The notes beneath the pieces were generated by a model. The model saw only the letters and a program-made list of their open reading frames with translations, made no database searches and had not been told where the DNA came from. Of a stretch of 64,000 nt of DNA, positions 1-11,352 are shown piece by piece. The position numbers were made by a program, and so were the translations under genes. This DNA is from an uncultured Candidatus Rokubacteria bacterium (lineage in GTDB: Bacteria; Methylomirabilota; Methylomirabilia; Rokubacteriales; DASRDR01), in NCBI GenBank assembly GCA_963826115.1, contig CAWGVS010000004.1, forward strand, positions 96,001-160,000, in the 5' to 3' direction. Every line of letters starts with the position of its first letter. The stretch's first letter is position 1.

Positions 1-594
1 CGCCCGCGCCCGGTATTTCCAGGTGTTCCGCCAGTGGATCGCGGTCAGGATGACCGTGGCGGGCGCGTCGGCGACGAGGTCCTTTCGACTGGCCGCGTCG
101 GCGAGCGTCCCGCGATGGTCGCCCACCCGGAGCCGCCGGAGTGCGAAGTCCCCCGGGCAGAAGTGATAGACGCCCGGCTCGAGGCCCGGCACGGCGCCCG
201 CGACCACGTAGATCTCGGTCTGGTAGAGGGCGCCCGTGGACGCCGCGGCGCGGAAGTGCATCGTCTCGCCGCCCGCGTAGACCTTCCGCTTCGTGAGGCC
301 CGCCGAGAAGAAGAGGATCTGCCCGAGCGCGGTCAGGTCGACGGCGCCCCGCCCGTCGGGCGCGCCGCTGCGCGCGACCGCCGCCAGGGCGGGGAGCGGC
401 GGCGGCGGCACCTCGCGCGGCAGCGGCACCGCCGGGGCGTCCGGATACACCTTGAAGAGGAACGGCTTGTTCCCCCAGTCGAGGACGTGCGGGTCGAGAC
501 GGACGCTGGCCCGGGAGTGCTTCGTGGCTTCGTGATACGCGCGAGCATCGCCGGGGCCCGCCGACAGGCGGCCGGCCCCGGGCGGAACGGTCAC
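1..594 (-). CDS. SagB/ThcOx-family dehydrogenase (nitroreductase fold), 3' end runs out of the window
   Basis: Not in the ORF track. Manual translation from GTG 594, which overlaps the upstream TGA, gives AYHEATKHS...HVLDWGNKPFLFKVYP...ILTAIHWRNTWKYRAR, typical of SagB-like proteins. Confidence 0.85.
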   Translation of the reverse strand, partial: MTVPPGAGRLSAGPGDARAYHEATKHSRASVRLDPHVLDWGNKPFLFKVYPDAPAVPLPREVPPPPLPALAAVARSGAPDGRGAVDLTALGQILFFSAGLTKRKVYAGGETMHFRAAASTGALYQTEIYVVAGAVPGLEPGVYHFCPGDFALRRLRVGDHRGTLADAASRKDLVADAPATVILTAIHWRNTWKYRARA

Positions 595-857
595 CCGCGG
601 AGGCGCGGGCGTGGCGGCGGTCCCGCTCCCGGCGGCCGGGGACGCGCCGCGGCGGCGGCCGCCCGGGACGTCTCGCGGAACTCGGTGGGGTCGCGGTCGA
701 TCTTGCCTCCGACCGGCGTCCCGCACTGCTGGCAGACGTAGTCGTACTTGTTGCCGGTCGGGAGCACGAGCAGGAGCTTCTTGCGAACCGGCATCGCGCG
801 CCGGCAAGAGCCGCAGAAGAGGCTCTCGGCCTCGAACTCCCGGTACGCGTCGCTCAT
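591..857 (-). CDS. Small zinc-ribbon-like cytoplasmic protein
   Basis: 88 aa with two CxxC pairs (CGSC, CQQC). TACAAT lies 6 nt upstream of the ATG, and the stop overlaps the next start (GTGA). Confidence 0.8.
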   Translation of the reverse strand: MSDAYREFEAESLFCGSCRRAMPVRKKLLLVLPTGNKYDYVCQQCGTPVGGKIDRDPTEFRETSRAAAAAARPRPPGAGPPPRPRLRG

Positions 858-863
858 GGCCTC

Positions 864-869
864 ATTGTA
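864..869 (-). promoter_or_regulatory. -10 element (TACAAT), leaderless-type
   Basis: TACAAT-N6-ATG(857), with no room for a Shine-Dalgarno. Confidence 0.6.
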
Positions 870-890
870 GTCCAGGCGCCGCGGCGGCGC

Positions 891-1895
891 TCAGCTCTGG
901 CGTGGCGTGAGCGCGAGCATCCGCAGCGGGGACCCCGACGCCCCGCGGATTCGCAGCGGTGGGACGACGAGACAGCAGAGGTGGACGCGCGCCGCACCGA
1001 GGTCCTCGAGGTTCGCATTCTCGACGAGATAGATGCCGTTGTCCGCGATCATCAGCATGTGGACGGGGAACAGCTCCTTGCCGTGCACGGCGGGGCGCAC
1101 CTCGTAGGTCGCGGTGTCCGTGCCGGTGAGCCGCACGCCCTGCGCGACCAGCCACCCCCCCGCGTCCACGCCCGGCCCCGGCGACTTCTCCCCGAGATAG
1201 CGGGCGTTGTCCTTGCCGAAGTACTGGCCCCAGCCGGTCCGGATCAGGACCGAGTCCCCGCGCGTCACGCGCACTCCGTGGGCGCGGGCGGCGTCCTCGA
1301 GGTGCTTCGCGGTGATCTCGAAGCCGGGCGGCAGAGGATCGGCGCTCCCCCCGGCGACCACCCGCGCGACGTCGAGCAGCACGCCCCGCGAGAGCAGGAG
1401 GTCGCGCGGGAAGGCCTCGATGCCGAGGTCGTTTCCGATGCCGTCCGGCCGGCTGGTCGCCTGGACCGCATCCACGCCGCCGTGGAGCTTCAGATTCCGG
1501 CCGATGTGCCCGATGGCGTCGATCGTGGGGGCCCCGTGCTGGCCCGAGAAGTAGAGCATCTCCGAGGTCCACGAGACCTGGCTGCCCGGCGCCGACCCGT
1601 AGATCTCGTGGGTCTGGCGATGGGTGGCGTTGAGCGCGAAGGCATACGGCGGGTTCAGCGAGAGGACGGGCGAGGTCTGGTCCCAGGTGAACCCGAGGTC
1701 GAACACGCGCGCGGCACGGACGCCGCTGATGAAGGCCTCGACATTGACCAGCTCGGGCCCCTGGGCGGCAGCGTCCGTCGCGAGCGTCGACGCCGCCGCG
1801 GCCACGCCACCGAGGAACGCGCGGCGCGAGACGTCGCTCTCCGGCGCGGCCGCCGGGGTGGGACGGACGGGGTGACCTTCCGGGGGTGGATTCAT
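891..1895 (-). CDS. Cyclase-family (kynurenine formamidase-like) metallohydrolase with Tat signal
   Basis: SRRAFL twin-arginine motif plus hydrophobic AxA stretch. Cyclase motifs QHGAPTIDAIGH, RGVLLDV, GDSVLIRTGW, PG, GTDT, ENANL and G.SGSP.R. Confidence 0.88.
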   Translation of the reverse strand: MNPPPEGHPVRPTPAAAPESDVSRRAFLGGVAAAASTLATDAAAQGPELVNVEAFISGVRAARVFDLGFTWDQTSPVLSLNPPYAFALNATHRQTHEIYGSAPGSQVSWTSEMLYFSGQHGAPTIDAIGHIGRNLKLHGGVDAVQATSRPDGIGNDLGIEAFPRDLLLSRGVLLDVARVVAGGSADPLPPGFEITAKHLEDAARAHGVRVTRGDSVLIRTGWGQYFGKDNARYLGEKSPGPGVDAGGWLVAQGVRLTGTDTATYEVRPAVHGKELFPVHMLMIADNGIYLVENANLEDLGAARVHLCCLVVPPLRIRGASGSPLRMLALTPRQS

Positions 1896-1941
1896 GGCGC
1901 CCTCCTCCGTCGCCGCCCGGCCGCAGGGCGACCGGGGCGAC

Positions 1942-2511
1942 CTAGAAGCTCGCTCCTCCGAGCAGCCGCAGCACGACGAGGCCGAAGAGGAGCAGGCCGA
2001 CGGCGGCGGCGACCAGCGTCCGCCAGTTGCCCAGGCCGATCGACCGCTTCTCCTGCGCCTTGGGCCGCGTGCGGCGCTCCGGCAGGAGCATCTCGGCGGT
2101 GCTCGCGGGAGCGAGACGCAGCAGCGGGGGCGCGACCCCGAGCCCGTGGATGCCCTGGCGCGCCGATTCCGCCTCGTCGGCGGTGAGCGCCAGGAAGGTC
2201 ACGAACGTGCCGTGCGCGAGGTCGTCCTGGACCTCGGTCAGCGCGTGCGCGGGCGCGCGCTCCACGACCCACTTGGCGACCCGGTAGCGGAGCCGCTCGT
2301 CCGGCAGGCGGGCGAAGGACAGCGCGTAGGGCTGCTTGGTCCCGGGCGAGACGGCGACGGCAGCGACCGCGGGGGTCGCGGGGACGGTCGCCGCGGGCGA
2401 GGGCGTCCCCGCACCGTTACCGGTCGCATGGGCCGGCGCCATCCGGGCGCCGCACGCCATGCAGAAGACGCTCTGGTCCGGAACCGCCGTCCGGCACTTC
2501 GGGCAGGTCAC
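1942..2511 (-). CDS. Zinc-ribbon domain membrane protein
   Basis: C-terminal part of ORF 1942..3354 read from GTG 2511: CPKC...CMAC zinc ribbon, Ala/Pro/Thr linker, globular domain, C-terminal TM helix. Confidence 0.75.
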   Translation of the reverse strand: MTCPKCRTAVPDQSVFCMACGARMAPAHATGNGAGTPSPAATVPATPAVAAVAVSPGTKQPYALSFARLPDERLRYRVAKWVVERAPAHALTEVQDDLAHGTFVTFLALTADEAESARQGIHGLGVAPPLLRLAPASTAEMLLPERRTRPKAQEKRSIGLGNWRTLVAAAVGLLLFGLVVLRLLGGASF

Positions 2512-2533
2512 GGCCGCGCCACCGGGCTCCGGG

Positions 2534-3881
<1,348 letters not shown>

Positions 3882-3935
3882 GGTCGCCTCCCGGAGGTCA
3901 GAGGCCCCGCTGGTCGAATGAACGCCGTCAGGGTA

Positions 3936-4157
3936 TCACGGCCCGACGGCCCGGATTCGCTCTGGCAGGCCTTCGAGCCACTCGGCGAGCGGCGCGTCGG
4001 CGTCCAGGACGATCTCGAGCTTGCCGCTCGGGAGGCGCCGGACCCGCCCGGGCCGTCCGGGGCCCAGCGGGATGACGAGCGCTTCACGGGAAATGCCGAG
4101 CGCGTCGGTCACGGCGAAAACGGCGTGGATCTCGGCGAGCGTCACCCGTTCGAGCAT
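3936..4157 (-). CDS. Small hypothetical protein
   Basis: 73 aa with protein-like composition, filling the gap between co-directional genes. Confidence 0.7.
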   Translation of the reverse strand: MLERVTLAEIHAVFAVTDALGISREALVIPLGPGRPGRVRRLPSGKLEIVLDADAPLAEWLEGLPERIRAVGP

Positions 4158-4176
4158 GGGGTCGGCCCGGCCGTCC

Positions 4177-4943
4177 TCACTTCCGTTTCCGGAGAGCCTG
4201 GGCGGTGAGGCCGCCCGGGACCGCCTGCATCATGGCCTGGTACCAGATGTTCGCCATCACCCGGTAGCCCTGCTCGTTCGGGTGGATCGGGTCCCGGTCG
4301 GGGGAGATGCCGAAGAGCTCGCGCTGGTTCATGCCGTCGAAGATCTCGGCGACGACGACGCCGCTCGCGGCCGCGAGGCTTTGGATTTGGGGGTTGAGCT
4401 GCGCGATGACGTCATCGGCGCAGGGATTGTTGCGGAAGCTCGGCGGGATGGTGCCGATGATCGGGATCGTCTGGTTGGCCTGGGCCGCCCGGACCATGCT
4501 GGCGAGGTTGTTGAGGGCGGCGCGGCTGTCCATGCACTGGTGGGCGTCGTTGGTGCCCTCCAGGATCAGGACGAAGCCCGGGCGGTCGATCCGCAGGATG
4601 GACCCGATGCGCGCGGCGCCCTCGCCCGTGTGCTCCCCGCCGACCCCGCGGTTGACCACCTGCCATGCCGGGTCGAGGCCGCGCAGCTGACCCTGGAGGA
4701 TGTTCGGGTAGTTGTTGCCAGTGGTGAGCCGGAACCCCCGCCGCTGGAGGTCGAGAAAGCCGGCCGTGATGCTGTCGCCGAACGCCGTGACCTTCCTGGA
4801 GTTGTTGTTCCCGAAGTCGAAGTTGGACGCCGTCTGCGACGACGAGCTCGTCGAGCTGCTGCTCCCCCCCCGCAGCCGGCGGCGGCCACGAGGAGGACGA
4901 GCCCAAGGCAGACATCACGGATCAGACGCGCGCGACGGATCAT
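4177..4943 (-). CDS. SGNH/GDSL hydrolase lipoprotein, frameshifted at a G8 tract (4864-4871)
   Basis: ATG 4943 (ATGA overlap) gives MIRRARL...LLVAAAG-C (lipobox). After the G run the other frame reads SSSSTSSSSQTAS...AFGDSITAG...VNRGVGG...LEGTND...DPIHPNEQGY, containing all four SGNH blocks. Confidence 0.85.
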
Positions 4944-5899
4944 GACGAACCTCCTGAGATGATTTCGCGGACCGTATACACGGGCTTCCGCTGCGACTCG
5001 TGATAAGTGCGGACAAGCATCTCGCCGAGGAGCCCGATCGACACGAACTGGAAGCCGACCAGGACCAGGAGGACGGCGAGCAGGAGGAGCGGGCGATTGG
5101 CCAACGCCATCTCGTGGAAGAGCTTCTGGTATGACAGAACGGCACCCAGCCCGATGCCGATCCCACCCAGGATCAGCCCCAGGAGCCCGAAGATCTGGAT
5201 AGGACGTGTCCAATAGCTCATCAGGAATTTGACCGTGAGGAGATCAAGCAAGACGCGTACCATGCGGCCCAGACCGTACTTCGATGCGCCGTGCCGGCGC
5301 GGCCAGTGGCTGACCGGAAGCTCGCCGACGGTGGCGCCGACCCAGCGGCACAGCGCGGGCAGGAACCGGTGCATCTCCCCGTACAGGGCGACGTCCTGCA
5401 GGATCTCGCGGCGATAGACCTTGAGGGCGCACCCGTAGTCGTGGAGGTGGACCCCGGTGATCCACGAGATGAGGCCGTTGGCGACCTGCGACGGGACCCG
5501 CCGCGACCAGAGCGGATCCTGCCGGTCATGCCGCCAGCCGCTCACGACGTCGTAGCCTTCCTTGAGCTTGTCGATCAGGCGGGGGATGTCCGCCGGGTCG
5601 TTCTGGCCGTCGCCGTCGAGGGTGATGACGAACGCGCCACGGGCCAGGTCGAAGCCGGCAGCCAGCGCCGCGGTCTGGCCGAAGTTCGCCCGCAGCTGGA
5701 CCACCCGCAGCGCGGGGAGCTCGAGCGTGAGGTCGCGCAGCCGCGCGCGCGTCAGGTCCGTCGATCCGTCGTCGACCACGATCAGCTCGTACGGCCGCCC
5801 CAGCCCCTCCATGACATCCCGCAGGGACACGAGCAGCGGCCGGACGTTGTCCTCCTCGTTGTAGACGGGGATGACGACGGAGTACGCGAGGTCCGTCAC
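4940..5899 (-). CDS. GT2 polyprenol-phosphate glycosyltransferase (ArnC/GtrB-like) with two C-terminal TM helices
   Basis: [58 protein letters not shown], then two TM helices. Confidence 0.93.
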   Translation of the reverse strand: MTDLAYSVVIPVYNEEDNVRPLLVSLRDVMEGLGRPYELIVVDDGSTDLTRARLRDLTLELPALRVVQLRANFGQTAALAAGFDLARGAFVITLDGDGQNDPADIPRLIDKLKEGYDVVSGWRHDRQDPLWSRRVPSQVANGLISWITGVHLHDYGCALKVYRREILQDVALYGEMHRFLPALCRWVGATVGELPVSHWPRRHGASKYGLGRMVRVLLDLLTVKFLMSYWTRPIQIFGLLGLILGGIGIGLGAVLSYQKLFHEMALANRPLLLLAVLLVLVGFQFVSIGLLGEMLVRTYHESQRKPVYTVREIISGGSS

Positions 5900-6870
5900 G
5901 CGCTTTTCTTGCCCGCGGTCCGGAGCTCGCCCAGGGTGAGGTTCAGGGCATTCAGGTAGGCGAGCCCCAGGAGGGTGATCGGGACGAAGTTCAGGAGGTG
6001 GTACACGATCGACACCGAGAGCGCCGTGTCGCGCGCGACGCCGACCAGGGCCAGGCCCTGGACGGTGCCCGCCTGGAACGGCCCGATGTATCCGGGGGCC
6101 GACGGGAGCACGATCGCGACCGCGATCACGCCGAGCAGCAGGAACGAGGCGTAGGCCGGCAGGTCAAGCGCGAAGGCGCGGAAGCTGGCCTGGACACCGG
6201 CGGCGTTGACCACCCAGATGACGACGGAGAGGAGCGCCGTCATGAGGAGCGCCCGGACGTCGCCCAGGATGTGGAGTCCGGCCCGGAACGACTCGAGGAG
6301 GTGTCGCGCCGGTCCCGCCAGACGATCCGGGAGGCGATCGAGGATCGCGGTGATGAGGCCGAGCCCCCGCCCGGTGCGGAGCGCGATGAGGGCGGCGAGG
6401 ACACCGAGGTACAGGGCGCACGTCAAGACCGCCGCCCAGACCAGGGTCCGGCTGGGCTGGAGGAAGGACAGGCCGCCCACCAGGAACAGGAGCAGCGTGA
6501 AGCCGTCGAAGATCCGCTCGATCACGATCGTCGCGAATGACAGCGAGGCCGGCAGCGCCTCAGTGCGACCGAGGGCATACGCCCGCACGAACTCCCCCAG
6601 CCGGGCCGGCAGGACGTTGTTGGCCATGAAGCCGATCATCGTGATCGCGAACAACCGGTGGACCCCCACCCGTTTCACGGGCCTGAGGAGGTATTGCCAG
6701 CGGACGGCGGTCAGCCAGAACCGCACGAAGATCGACGCGAGCGCCGGGACCAGCCAGACCGGCCGCACCTGGCGCAACTGGTGGAGCACTTCCTCCAGGC
6801 TCACCCCACGGACCGCTACCCAGAGGAGCAACGCGCTGACGGCTACCCCGAGCCACATCTTGCCTCGCAT
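5896..6870 (-). CDS. UPF0104 / lysylphosphatidylglycerol-synthase TM-domain protein (putative flippase)
   Basis: RWQYLL, GFMANNVLPARLGEFVRAY, ERIFD, LPSAPGYIG; multiple TM helices. Confidence 0.9.
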   Translation of the reverse strand: MRGKMWLGVAVSALLLWVAVRGVSLEEVLHQLRQVRPVWLVPALASIFVRFWLTAVRWQYLLRPVKRVGVHRLFAITMIGFMANNVLPARLGEFVRAYALGRTEALPASLSFATIVIERIFDGFTLLLFLVGGLSFLQPSRTLVWAAVLTCALYLGVLAALIALRTGRGLGLITAILDRLPDRLAGPARHLLESFRAGLHILGDVRALLMTALLSVVIWVVNAAGVQASFRAFALDLPAYASFLLLGVIAVAIVLPSAPGYIGPFQAGTVQGLALVGVARDTALSVSIVYHLLNFVPITLLGLAYLNALNLTLGELRTAGKKSA

Positions 6871-6979
6871 CGCTCACCGCGCGGGAGGCGGGTAGACCCC
6901 CATCCCGGGACACCCCTGCGGGGGGCGCCGATGCGAGCCTCCCCGTATCCGGGCATCCTGGCGCATCGTCAACCGAGGG

Positions 6980-6985
6980 AGTATA
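6980..6985 (-). promoter_or_regulatory. -10 element (TATACT) upstream of the flippase-GT2-SGNH operon
   Basis: AT-rich hexamer in the intergenic region, followed 7 nt later by TTG opening a 32-codon uORF that ends at 6874. Confidence 0.5.
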
Positions 6986-7067
6986 CCCCCCCTCTCCGGG
7001 GCCGGCAACCGACCGCCCGGCCCGCCCTGGCCCCGCCGAGGGGGCTCCCTGGCCCGCGGCGGGCGGC

Positions 7068-8510
7068 TCAGGGGCGGCGGGCGACCGCGACCAGGGACAG
7101 CCCGAAGGGCAGGGGCAGGGCCGCCTCGGCCCGGAGGAGGGGGACCAGGAGGTTCTGCAGCCGGAGCTGGAGGCCGGGGACGCGGGTCCGGCGGAGGATC
7201 ACGCTGTTCAGGTACCAGCCGACGACCCCCAGGCGGTTGAAGAACTGTGTGTGTTCCACGCGGAAACCGGCCTCCTCGAGCTTTCCGACGAGTCCGGCCC
7301 GCTCGTACCGGCGGTGGTGGTCGATCGCGCGGTCGATGGCGCCGTACAGCCGCTCGTGGGCCGGGACCAGGAGGAGGAGGCGGCCGCCCGGAGCCAGGGC
7401 GGCGTGAAGCCGCCGGAGGGCCCCCCGGTCGTCCGCCACGTGCTCGAGGACGTTCAGGCAAAGGATCGTGTCGAGTCGACGCTCCGCGAGCGATGCCGGG
7501 TCGAACGTGGCGAGGTCGAGCGGCAGCACCTCGACCCGCGTGTGGCGCTCGAAGGTGTTCCCCAGGATGCGGACGTAGCGCGGGTTGAGCTCGGTCGCCA
7601 CGACGAGGTCGCGCCCCATCAGGTGGCGGGTCAAGCTGCCGATCCCGGAGCCGATCTCGAGCACGCGCTGGCCGAGCCACGGCGTCAGCTGCTGGAACAT
7701 CCAGCGGTTGTAGCGCTCGGCCCGGGACAGGCGGAGGAGCGTCTTGTAGCCGGGGTCCGCGTTCTCCTGGTCGTCGACGAAGGCGTACCGGAGGATCGTC
7801 CAGAGCGCGACGATCCCGTCGGTCCAGCGGATCTTCTTGCCTTCCCAGTACGCGCGCCCGGCGTAGGAGATGGGCACCTCGTAGATTCGCGCGTGCACCT
7901 TCGCGAGCTTGGCGGTGAGCTCGGGCTCCACGCCGAAGCGGCTCGACCGGATGGGGATGCTCTTGATGATGTCGGCGCGGAAGACCTTGTAGCCGGTCTC
8001 CATGTCGGTGAGGTTCAGGTTCGTGACCATGTTCGAGACCATGGTCAGGAACTTGTTCGCGACGTGGTGCCAGAAGTAGAGGACACGCCGGGGCGTGCCC
8101 GTGAAACGCGAGCCGAACACGACGTCGGCCTTGCCCTCGAGGATCGGGGCGAGCAGCTTCGGGTAGTCGCGCGGGTCGTACTCGAGGTCGGCGTCCTGGA
8201 CGAGCACGATGTCCCCGGCCGCCTCGGCGAAACCCCGCCGGAGGGCCGCGCCCTTCCCCTGGTTGGGCTCCTGGTAGAAGACGCGGATCTCGTTCTTCTC
8301 GTCTGCCGCCCCGAGCCGCCGGGCCTCCGCGAGCTCGGCCTCGAGCCGCCGGAGGTAGTCCCGCGTCCCGTCCGTCGAGCAGTCGTCGACGATCACGATC
8401 TCCTTGGGGATCGTGATCGCCTGGACGCGCTGCAGGATCTCGGGGAGCGTCAGGCGCTCGTTGTAGACCGGGATGACGACGGACAGCCGTGTGGAGGGGT
8501 TCTGTCCCAC
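7068..8510 (-). CDS. Fusion of Dpm1-like GT2 and class I SAM-dependent methyltransferase
   Basis: N-terminal [44 protein letters not shown]-terminal [31 protein letters not shown]. Start is GTG 8510 (leaderless-type) or ATG 8519. Confidence 0.92.
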   Translation of the reverse strand: MGQNPSTRLSVVIPVYNERLTLPEILQRVQAITIPKEIVIVDDCSTDGTRDYLRRLEAELAEARRLGAADEKNEIRVFYQEPNQGKGAALRRGFAEAAGDIVLVQDADLEYDPRDYPKLLAPILEGKADVVFGSRFTGTPRRVLYFWHHVANKFLTMVSNMVTNLNLTDMETGYKVFRADIIKSIPIRSSRFGVEPELTAKLAKVHARIYEVPISYAGRAYWEGKKIRWTDGIVALWTILRYAFVDDQENADPGYKTLLRLSRAERYNRWMFQQLTPWLGQRVLEIGSGIGSLTRHLMGRDLVVATELNPRYVRILGNTFERHTRVEVLPLDLATFDPASLAERRLDTILCLNVLEHVADDRGALRRLHAALAPGGRLLLLVPAHERLYGAIDRAIDHHRRYERAGLVGKLEEAGFRVEHTQFFNRLGVVGWYLNSVILRRTRVPGLQLRLQNLLVPLLRAEAALPLPFGLSLVAVARRP

Positions 8511-8517
8511 CGGCGGC

Positions 8518-8570
8518 ATTATAGCAAGGTCGCGCGCTCGCGTTGACCTGGCGGCCGCGCGGTCTATAGT
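8518..8570. promoter_or_regulatory. Back-to-back divergent sigma70-type promoters
   Basis: Minus strand: TGcTATAAT (8526..8518)-N7-GTG(8510). Plus strand: TTGACC(8543-8548)-N16-TATAGT(8565-8570)-N6-GTG(8577). Confidence 0.72.
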
Positions 8571-8576
8571 GGCCGC

Positions 8577-11333
8577 GTGGCCCGGAGCGGGGGTCCAGCG
8601 GAGGCGCCGACCCGGACGCAGCCCCGCGAGTGGCCGGCGATCGTCTCGCTCCTCGCCCTCGCGGCGGGCGTCCGCCTGCTCCGCTTCGGTGGCGAGCTCG
8701 CCTGGCCCCACGTCGACGAGTCGAACGTCGCGGTCCCCGCCCTCCAGATCCTTCAGGGCACGTTCCCGGTGCACCACGTCGGGGTCGAGTACATTGGAGC
8801 CACAGCGGCGTATCCGATGGCGGCGTGGTTCCGGGTCGCGGGCCCGTCCACGACGGCGCTGGACCTCTACTGCTACGCGGTCGGGCTCGCGGTCGTGTGG
8901 ACCGGGTACCTCGTGGCGCGGCGCCTCTTGCCGCCGGGTGGGGCCCTGGCCGCGCTCGCCGTGCTGGCCGTGCCGCCCTTGCTCCTGGCGCACTGGGCGG
9001 TCAATGGGGCGCTGAACCCGCCGGTCATGCTGGTGATCGGGAACCTACTGCTCCTGGGCACGCACACGGTGTTCGTGCGACGCCCCGGCGCGGCGGGCCC
9101 GCTCCTGGTCGTCGGGCTCCTGGCGGGCATCGGCTGGTGGGCATACCCGCTCGTCGTCGTCTACGGTGCCCCCTTCGCGATCCTCGCCCTCCGGACGGGG
9201 CTCGTCTGGCGCGCGCGCTTCTGGCTGCTGCCGCTCGGCGTGCTGCTGGGCGGGCTGCCCGACTGGATCTACCAGGTCCTGAACTTCCCGACGGCGCGGG
9301 TCATGCTTCAGGGATCGGGGTCGCTCCCCCCCGAGCCCGTCGCGGCCCGCGCGTCGATGCTGGCGGGCAACATCCTGCCTCAGCTGGTGGGCGCGGGGTC
9401 CACCGACGACTACGCGCTCCCCCTCGCGGCGCGGATCCTGCTCGGTGCCCTCGCGACGCTCGCGTTCCTGCGCGCGGTGACGCGGGATGGGCGGGAGGTC
9501 CGCTGGCTCGTCGGCGGGCCCGGGTCGCTCGCGCTCGGACCCGGCATCCTCTGGCCGCTCGTGGCGGTCAACGTCCTCCTCGTCCTCGCGACCAAGCGGC
9601 CGCTCGGGCCGACGTACCTCCTGCCGCTCTACAGCGTCCTGCCGATCTGGCTGGGAGAGGCGCTCTGGTGGCTCTGGGGCCGCCGGCGCCGGCTCGCGGC
9701 GGGCGCGCTCGCCCTGTGGCTCGCTCTCCATCTCTGGGCGAACTGGGCGGTCACGTTCGGGCGCGCCGGGACCACGCCACCGCGCTGGGGCGCGTTCGAG
9801 GCGATGGTGCGACCCCTCGACGAGTGGCTCACCGCCCGCGGCATCGGCCACGTGTACTGGGCCACCGACGGGGGGCTCGCGGCCTTCGAAGCCACGTACC
9901 TCACCGGCGGGCGCGTGATCGCGGCCGACGTCTGGGCCGAGGACATCGTGCAGCACGCCCACGCCGTGGACGCGCAGGACCTGCCGCCGATCGTGACCAC
10001 CGAGAGTCGGCTCCCGGAGCTCCGGGCCGGTCTGGGCGCCCTGTCCCTCGGGCTCACGGAGACCGCGGTCGGGCGCTTCGTCGTGGTGGAGGCGCGGCCG
10101 ACGCGCCCGATGGGCGTCACTGCGATCCCGCCGGTAGGCTGGACCGTCACCGCGAGCCATCGTGGGTTCGAGGCCCGCTGCCTGATCGACCGGGACGCGG
10201 GGACGGGCTGGAGCATCGGCGATGTCCAGAGGCCCGGGCAGTGGCTCGCGGTGGATCTCGGGCGCGAGGAGACCGTCTCGCGGATCGACCTCCTGTCGAT
10301 CGACTGGCAGGAGGTGCCGGCCGGCTTCCGCGTGGAGCGGTCCCGCGACGGCGTTCGCTGGGACACGGTCGCCGAGGTGCCGCGCTACTGGGGGCCGCTC
10401 TTCTGGTCCGAGCGCCATGCGTTCCTGAAGGTCCGTCGCGGGCGGGTCCAGGCGATCTTCGAGCCTGCGCTGACGCGGTACCTCCGGATCGTCATGACGG
10501 GCGAGTCCTCGTACCGGGCCTGGGCGGCGCGCGAGCTGTTCGTGTACGGGCCGGCGCCGGCCCCGGCTCCCGCCGCGCCGATCCGCGCCGGCGAGGTGGC
10601 GGAGGCGCTCGCGCGAGAGGGCGTGGCCTTCGTGTACGCGAACCCGTGGCTGTCGGCGCGGGCACGGGTCGAGTCGCGGGAAACGATCGGGACGCTGGAG
10701 TCGAACTCGTCCCTGAACTCCTACGGACGGTCGACGCCCGGACCGGCGGCGCTGGAGCGGGTCCGGCTGAGGCCGGACCGGGCGATTCTCCTGGGCGCGG
10801 ACGCCGACGCGGTCGACGTCCGCCGCACGCTCGTGGCGCGCGGCGCTCTGGCCCGGGAGCGGGCGGTCGGGCCGTACGCGCTGCTGGTCCTGGGGCGGGA
10901 CGCGCCGCGCCGCCCGGTCGCGCCGACGGGGTGGCGGGCGCGCGCGAGCGCCGGCGAGGCCGCCGCGCGGCGGGCCGTCGACGGGAAGCCGGCGACGCGC
11001 TGGACGGCGGGCGGACCGGTGACGGAGCACACGAGCGTCACGGTGGAGCTGGACCGGCCGCGCGCGCTGACCGGGCTCCGGTTGACGCCGGGCTCGCGCG
11101 AGGGCGGCCCGGCGGACTTCGCGCTGGACGGGTCGTCGGACGGGCAGGCCTGGACGCCGCTCGGGCCGGCGACGTGGGCGGGGCCGCTCTACTGGACGGG
11201 CGCCGAGCTCCTGCGCAACAGCCGCTCGGAGTGGGCCGTGACGTTTCCCGCGGCCACGGTGCGGTATCTCCGGATCCGGCCCGCGGCGCCCGCGCCGACC
11301 TGGAGCATCGCCGAGATCACCGCGTTCGAGTGA
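8577..11333 (+). CDS. GT-C-fold (ArnT/PMT-like) membrane glycosyltransferase with two C-terminal discoidin (F5/8 type C) domains
   Basis: About 11-13 TM helices with the acidic loop-1 motif HVDES. Two modules of the type W.VTAS...A.D.D..T.W...W..VDLG...RYLRI...W...E. Confidence 0.85.
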   Translation: MARSGGPAEAPTRTQPREWPAIVSLLALAAGVRLLRFGGELAWPHVDESNVAVPALQILQGTFPVHHVGVEYIGATAAYPMAAWFRVAGPSTTALDLYCYAVGLAVVWTGYLVARRLLPPGGALAALAVLAVPPLLLAHWAVNGALNPPVMLVIGNLLLLGTHTVFVRRPGAAGPLLVVGLLAGIGWWAYPLVVVYGAPFAILALRTGLVWRARFWLLPLGVLLGGLPDWIYQVLNFPTARVMLQGSGSLPPEPVAARASMLAGNILPQLVGAGSTDDYALPLAARILLGALATLAFLRAVTRDGREVRWLVGGPGSLALGPGILWPLVAVNVLLVLATKRPLGPTYLLPLYSVLPIWLGEALWWLWGRRRRLAAGALALWLALHLWANWAVTFGRAGTTPPRWGAFEAMVRPLDEWLTARGIGHVYWATDGGLAAFEATYLTGGRVIAADVWAEDIVQHAHAVDAQDLPPIVTTESRLPELRAGLGALSLGLTETAVGRFVVVEARPTRPMGVTAIPPVGWTVTASHRGFEARCLIDRDAGTGWSIGDVQRPGQWLAVDLGREETVSRIDLLSIDWQEVPAGFRVERSRDGVRWDTVAEVPRYWGPLFWSERHAFLKVRRGRVQAIFEPALTRYLRIVMTGESSYRAWAARELFVYGPAPAPAPAAPIRAGEVAEALAREGVAFVYANPWLSARARVESRETIGTLESNSSLNSYGRSTPGPAALERVRLRPDRAILLGADADAVDVRRTLVARGALARERAVGPYALLVLGRDAPRRPVAPTGWRARASAGEAAARRAVDGKPATRWTAGGPVTEHTSVTVELDRPRALTGLRLTPGSREGGPADFALDGSSDGQAWTPLGPATWAGPLYWTGAELLRNSRSEWAVTFPAATVRYLRIRPAAPAPTWSIAEITAFE

Positions 11334-11352
11334 GCAGCCGAACGGCGCGCGC

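Noticed and set aside
1-857. SagB-like dehydrogenase plus small Cys-containing ORF as an azole RiPP cluster
   Set aside because: No YcaO or E1-like partner is visible, and the small protein looks like a CxxC zinc ribbon, not a precursor. The window edge limits certainty.
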